Positions 59,101 to 64,000 of a DNA stretch of 64,000 bases are shown piece after piece. This DNA comes from Amoebophrya sp. A120 (taxonomy: Eukaryota; Protista; Dinoflagellata): positions 5,620,828-5,684,827 of the forward strand of contig CAJINV010000004.1 in assembly GCA_905178155.1 (NCBI GenBank). Direction: 5' to 3'. Made by a program: the position numbers and the translations under genes. The notes under the pieces were generated by a model. That model did not search any database, was not told the origin of the DNA, and saw only the letters and a program-made list of their open reading frames with translations. The first letter of the stretch is position 1; each line of letters opens with the position of its first letter.

Positions 59101-62100
59101 GGGCAAGCGAAGTAGGCAATTAAGTAAACAAGTACACAAGCTCTTTCTAAAACTACGGGAAATGCAAAGGACAAGCAAACTTTGAACGTATCGAACTCGA
59201 ACCTCCACACATAACTTTTACAACTTCATGAGCTTAATTTTCTACATAGCCACACAGGGACCTCCACAACGAGCTCATGAACACCAGCTAATTCTTGTGG
59301 GAGCTCGGTTTCTAGCAACGCATTAAGAAAGGCGTCCGCCTTTAGTTCTGACGGCGGAGTGCGTCGCACGATGTTTTACTATCATTCACGGGTGCATCTA
59401 ATAATATGCAAAAGAAATAAACTCGTGCTTATACAACTAGGGGACGGGTGCAGGACGAGTTCAATTTGGATTAAATAAAGCGTCAACCATGGCGCCGCAC
59501 TGTCGGCCCCACGGTGAACTATGTACTCAACCTCAACCAAAAAAAAATTCTTTTTCTTCATATATGCGTATTATGTGATCGGCAATACGCTTTTCGCACA
59601 TATGGTTTTGTGTGGTTCTTTTTATGCGTGTAGTTCTTGCACCAAAACAAAACTCAAAACGACCAAAAGTTGCAAATCTTCGATGTTATACGTACAACAT
59701 TTTTCTTCATCCTACAAACAAAATGATCTATCAGCCGACGGCTCCACAGATATTTTGGCGCAGTTCATCTTTTCAGGGTCAGGAGCCACCCAGGCGTGCC
59801 CCGCCCTCTTCAGGATCTGGATATGGAACAGTAACAGTTGCAAATCTCTCCTCGGTGCTGGCGGAAGGAAAGAGCCAGCGTTTACTTTACTAGAGGAAAA
59901 ACTTAGCGTGAACTCATGAGCTACTGACTTGCGACATGTAACGAGGTCATGCGCAGATATTGAACAGCTGATAAGTAAATCTTGTCGAGAACGCTTTGTT
60001 CATTTCCTCCACAAACATGCATCAAATTGTACGTACTGCTGGCAACTCCAACTCGCTCTTACCATACAATCAGATGTCGGTCACGGTCCGATCATCCAGG
60101 TAGGTACTTGTAATCATGATGGTTTCCACTACTCCCGGTTCCGTCCTTCCCAGGAGAGGAGATTTGCAAAGATTTTTGTGGCATAAGGTCGGGCACGACA
60201 GGGGTGCAAACGGGTTGTGGTGCGGGTCGCTTTCGTACTTCGGGTGGACCAAAAAACTGCTAGTATCCGGCAGCTGCACGGGATCAGGAGCATCGAATAG
60301 TGAGTCGTCTGTTCTTATCTTCTCCTGCAGAAGTTCTTGTGCCGGCGGAGCTCGTCTCACGAGGGGTGCGAGCGCCTTGCAGGTGGGGGAGGGGGAAGGA
60401 GCGAGCCGGGCGGTGATTTTCGGCGGGGTAGTATTTTTTTCGTGAGCTGCCATGATTGTCTCTCGTCCGAAAGCTAGTACTGCACGACGGGGAGGCGATC
60501 GCAAGCTGACCTGCTGATAACCACCGGGTTCTTCGTCTTCTTGCCGGTTCGGCAAACTTGCAGTCGTCCTCCCTGTTGCTTCTTGACGAAGAATATGCGC
60601 GTCGTCCTCGACTGTGATCTGCGGTTCTTTTACTACAGAAGAACTGACGTCGTCCCCCACGTTGATTCTCTTGCCGCTGGCTTCATCTTCTCTCTCCAAC
60701 GGGCTGTCCGCAAGAAGCTCCGACGGCGTGCTTTGCGTTCGAAACAAAGGCGGCGGCGAGGTAAGTTTTTCGACGAGGACCGGGGAAATGAAGTGCGGGT
60801 GTAGTTCCTGTACCTGTTCCTCCTGCGCATTAGGTAAGATCTTCTTCATCGAGGAACCAACAGAGCCGTCACTTACTGTCGCGTTTGATTTAATATTCGA
60901 TCTGTCGAACTCGACACGGAGGTGCGCGGCTCCTGCTTCCGAAAGACTTGTAGCAATGCCATGATCTGGGCCGCTGATGTTCTTGTCGGAAGTTGAACTC
61001 TTCGGCAGGAGTGCAGTTGGAAACGGACGATCTGGGTCTTCAACATGTTGATTTCGTCGTCCGGTAGACGAAGAGTCCGCTACTTCCTGCGCGGAAGACG
61101 CTCTACTATGACAACCAGTGGTAGAAGTTCGCGAATGACTGTGGCGACGAGCAGGTCCGACCCTTCTAACAGTTGTGGTTGTGCTTGTGACCTCCGGATC
61201 AAAAAGTCTTTTTTCCGCATCATCTTCATTCGCACGACCGCTCAAGTTGTTGTTGTTAGCGTGCACCAGTTCTGACAGCTGCTTCGTGCTGGTACAACAA
61301 CCCGCCGAATTGGCGCGGGACAGCGATGCGAGTGAAAAGTTCGAGTACTCCGACAGTGCCGGCGTGCTGTAAATGGAAGACGATGCCTCAAACCGGTTCG
61401 CGTGGGGTATGAAAGGGGAGAAAAAATAAGAACGCAAGTGACGAGCCGGGAGAGTACGATCGTAAAAAAGGAATGACACAACGGCTTCTACTTGATTGTC
61501 ACAGGAAATACTTACTGTCAGTATGTGCATGACGTCGATATGACTCTTCGAAGGACCACGAAGAGGTTCGTGCAGACGACCCAGAAAAGAAACACGATAG
61601 ATACTCCCGCATTCGATACCTGCGTCTTTTTTTCCCAAGCATACCCAAAATCAGCTCCTCGTCGTCCACCAGTTGGATACCCCGCGGGCAGATCAGAGGT
61701 CGACTAGTACCTTGTTCCACTGGGGTGCTGCTGGTCGTGGCGTCTGCATGGATGCCGCCCGGAGTAGGACTTGTGCAAGACACTGCTGCGCAAGAAGTAG
61801 AGCTTGTTGACATCGCCACTGTACAACTTCTTGCTGTAGTAATCATATTCCTCTCGGTCTCGTCGCAGCCTGTTCCCATGCTTGGGTGATGAACGCCGGT
61901 GGCCGTTCCCGTACTACTCATGCCACTAGTAATGTCGCGGACGAGGACAAGCGGACCGGGAGGTTCCTGCAGGCGGTTCATTCCACCGTGGTTGCCAGCA
62001 TCTGTTCCTCCAACTTCTTCCTTCTCGTCCTTCCCCTGCTGGGTCGCTATCTTTACGCCTGCCGCGACGTCGTGCGGGTGGTCCTTTTTCGTGTAGTCGG

Positions 62101-63908
62101 GATTCTCGTGTGCTGCTGTAGCACCGCCCACACTATCATCATCCTGCGTGAAGACGCCTGCATTTCTGTCGGACACGGAGGTCCTCCGAGGGGGAGGATT
62201 CATACTAGGTCCTTCTGCGCGAGGACCCTCTGGAAGATGCGTAGTGGCCGTCGTTATTAAGGACGACGAGTCATCCAGCGACTGTACTAGCAGTGAGGAA
62301 TTATGTGTAGAAGAGGCCGCATCAATATTTCTGGCGTCTCTCGCCGATGTTTCCGCACATCCGCCGCCCCCTGCGCCGGCGGTCGACGCTGCCATCGAAG
62401 GCTGGCGTTCGTCTTGGAGATATTCAGTGTGCTCCCCGTGCACCACCAGCGGCCTTGTCTCTCTTTCTTGCGCACCACTACAACTCGTCCCGCTGGCTTC
62501 GTTCTGTCCAAAAATCCTAGCACCGCTCGCTTCTGGAGTCACACGCTGGACCGCCGTGCTTGAAGTCACATGCTCCGACGACGCGGAAGAAGTTGTTGCA
62601 GCGCTAGCGGTGGCATTCGCACTCTGCTGGTGCAGCTCGTCGTGCCCGTTATTGAGAACAGCCTTTGGTGAAGAACCACATGGAAGATTGTTCTCGGTCG
62701 TCGTGTTCGTGGTCACGACCTGCGCGCAGCCACGCACCATGGCACATATGGGCTCGCCCCGAGCTTGCACTGCGGAAGAGGCTCCTGCTGAGCCGACAGG
62801 AGGCTCCTTGTTCAATATCGCGGCGCCTAGTACGACCTCGCTTGTTGTACTTTCCTGCCTCCGAGGACGGTGTACTTGCTCGTTGGAGGTGGACAAAGAT
62901 AATTCCTCGGAGCAGGACTGGAGGTCTCCTACAACTGCGCCGCCGTTCAGCAAACCAGTAGTACCGGTCGTACTACCACGCGAGCCACAGGTCGGCGAAA
63001 TGGGAGCTGGCGACAACCCTGCTCTGGAAGATATCCAAGAAAAAAACATTGTAGGTGTAACTTTTTTGGAGGAACTGCATCACAAATTTGTCTGGCATGA
63101 CAGCAAAAACCTGTCACGCGCAGATAGGACGTGACAACGTCCTTTAATGGACCCTACGATACATCCCAAGCATGACAGACGCAATCATCTTGCATCGTGC
63201 GCATCACAAATTTACGCTAACGACGTTTTTTTCTTGGATAGAGGTTGTGCTAGTACTACTATGGGATGCTGTTGTAGTGGTCCCTGTGTGGAAGTGGAGG
63301 TACGAGTGATATGCAAAGAAAAAGTGTTTTACAGTTGCACATGATTTTAATATTGCGGAACACCCAAGACAGACAACCTTTGTCATGCCAGAAATGCGAA
63401 CGACACTCGTTTCATACGTGTTTTTGCTTATGTTGGTCGCAGCTGCATTAGAAACCTGCTTCCCTGTCGTGAAGAGCAAGTTTCTATTGCTAGAGTCACA
63501 ACATCAACATCTTCAAATGTGCAGCTGTGAAACACTTTTTTCGTGGGATATCTAAGCTTCGCTCATTCTCAGATCTCACTCACGACTCGGTGTCATATAA
63601 TGAGCTCCTCTTTGATTGTGTACACTTTCCTTTTTTAAGCTCTTCTTAGCACAGCGGCGCGACGGTCGTGAAAGATGATCGCTTTGCGGGCCAACACCTT
63701 GAAGATGCGTGCTGCAGCCCCTCGCACCCACGAGGAAACAAGAGGGTGGAGGGCAACATCACCGCCGCAGAAATCAGAAAATGGATCTGTTTGGGAAAAA
63801 AAAGGATCGATAATATTTAAGTCAGCATCAAAATTCATACGTTGCTGTGCGTCGCCGCTGGCCGGCTTCTCTGCGGCGGCAGAGGCATTGACGTTTAGCG
63901 CGGTGAGC
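56188..63908 (-). CDS. Hypothetical Ser/Thr/Gly-rich low-complexity protein, partial (5' end beyond right edge); exon linkage partly uncertain
   Basis: Long minus-strand ORFs 61499-63049, 60070-61638, 57342-57904, 56882-57188, 56490-56816 and 56188-56368. In-frame joins across introners at 56369, 57189 and 63032. A phase-compatible GT-AG intron 57905-60107 is plausible. The junction near 61400-61650 is unresolved. Confidence 0.55.
56369..56518. mobile_element. Introner family C
   Basis: TSD cggta/cggta. Confidence 0.92.
57189..57346. mobile_element. Introner family C (diverged)
   Basis: TSD tgctc/tgctc. Confidence 0.88.
57941..58974. mobile_element. 1.03-kb non-autonomous TIR element with TA TSD (Tc1/mariner-like signature)
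   Basis: TIR gaccagaaaatcggaagaagtacat, perfect over 25 bp, flanked by TA on both sides. Very GC-rich interior. Confidence 0.85.
63032..63240. mobile_element. Introner family F-like, diverged TSD
   Basis: TIR tatccaagaaaaaaac. Flanks gaaga/gaggt; frame restored. Confidence 0.82.
63310..63550. mobile_element. Introner family F-like, TSD not recognisable (probably inside a canonical intron)
   Basis: TIR gaaaaagtgttt.acag.tgcacat. Flanks agtga/tctaa. Confidence 0.72.
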
Positions 63909-64000
63909 TATGAGAGTGCACAACTCCCCCTCCCCCTCATTTGTCATGCAAAACACCTGCTCCACGCTTCGCCTCTTGGCACTGTTTGCATGAGAAGTTC
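63909..64000. mobile_element. Introner family E, truncated by window end
   Basis: Begins tatgagagtgcacaactccccctccccctc. Confidence 0.9.

Noticed and set aside
10072-63134. Many plus-strand ORFs (e.g. 14696-15271, 62148-63134)
   Set aside because: Antisense shadows of the long minus-strand exons.
1-64000. Dinoflagellate spliced-leader relics, tRNA, rRNA, snRNA genes
   Set aside because: No match to CCGTAGCCATTTTGGCTCAAG or recognisable RNA-gene structure seen by eye; not excluded without a covariance search.

Overview
Eukaryotic protist DNA, most likely the parasitic dinoflagellate Amoebophrya (A120-like). This is inferred from five co-oriented minus-strand genes and from the TAT-initiated inverted-repeat introns I recall being reported for that strain. 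The ORF track looks fragmented because 48 MITE-like introner elements interrupt the genes. These belong to at least 8 unrelated families plus singletons, mostly 109-460 bp, with TAT...ATA termini and a 5-bp target-site duplication (TSD). At every exonic junction I translated, removing the element plus one TSD copy restored the frame. The reconstructed genes are: an unknown protein (3' end off-window), a ~4,041-aa type I surface protein (LamG-like, Cys-rich, SEA-like, TM), a ~1,620-aa AGC kinase, a ~1,634-aa P2X-receptor homologue, and a partial low-complexity protein. Four signals stand out. (i) All introner families share a dense internal GCATnACA/TGTnATGC motif in both orientations. (ii) The same family is removed in either orientation, mostly without GT-AG. 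(iii) Introners host nested cargo: a 128-bp satellite, a poly(A) retroposon with a 17-bp TSD, and GC-rich inserts. (iv) Several larger non-coding TIR elements and a triple-direct-repeat insert lie in intergenic or intronic DNA. No transposase, rRNA, tRNA or CRISPR array was recognised.
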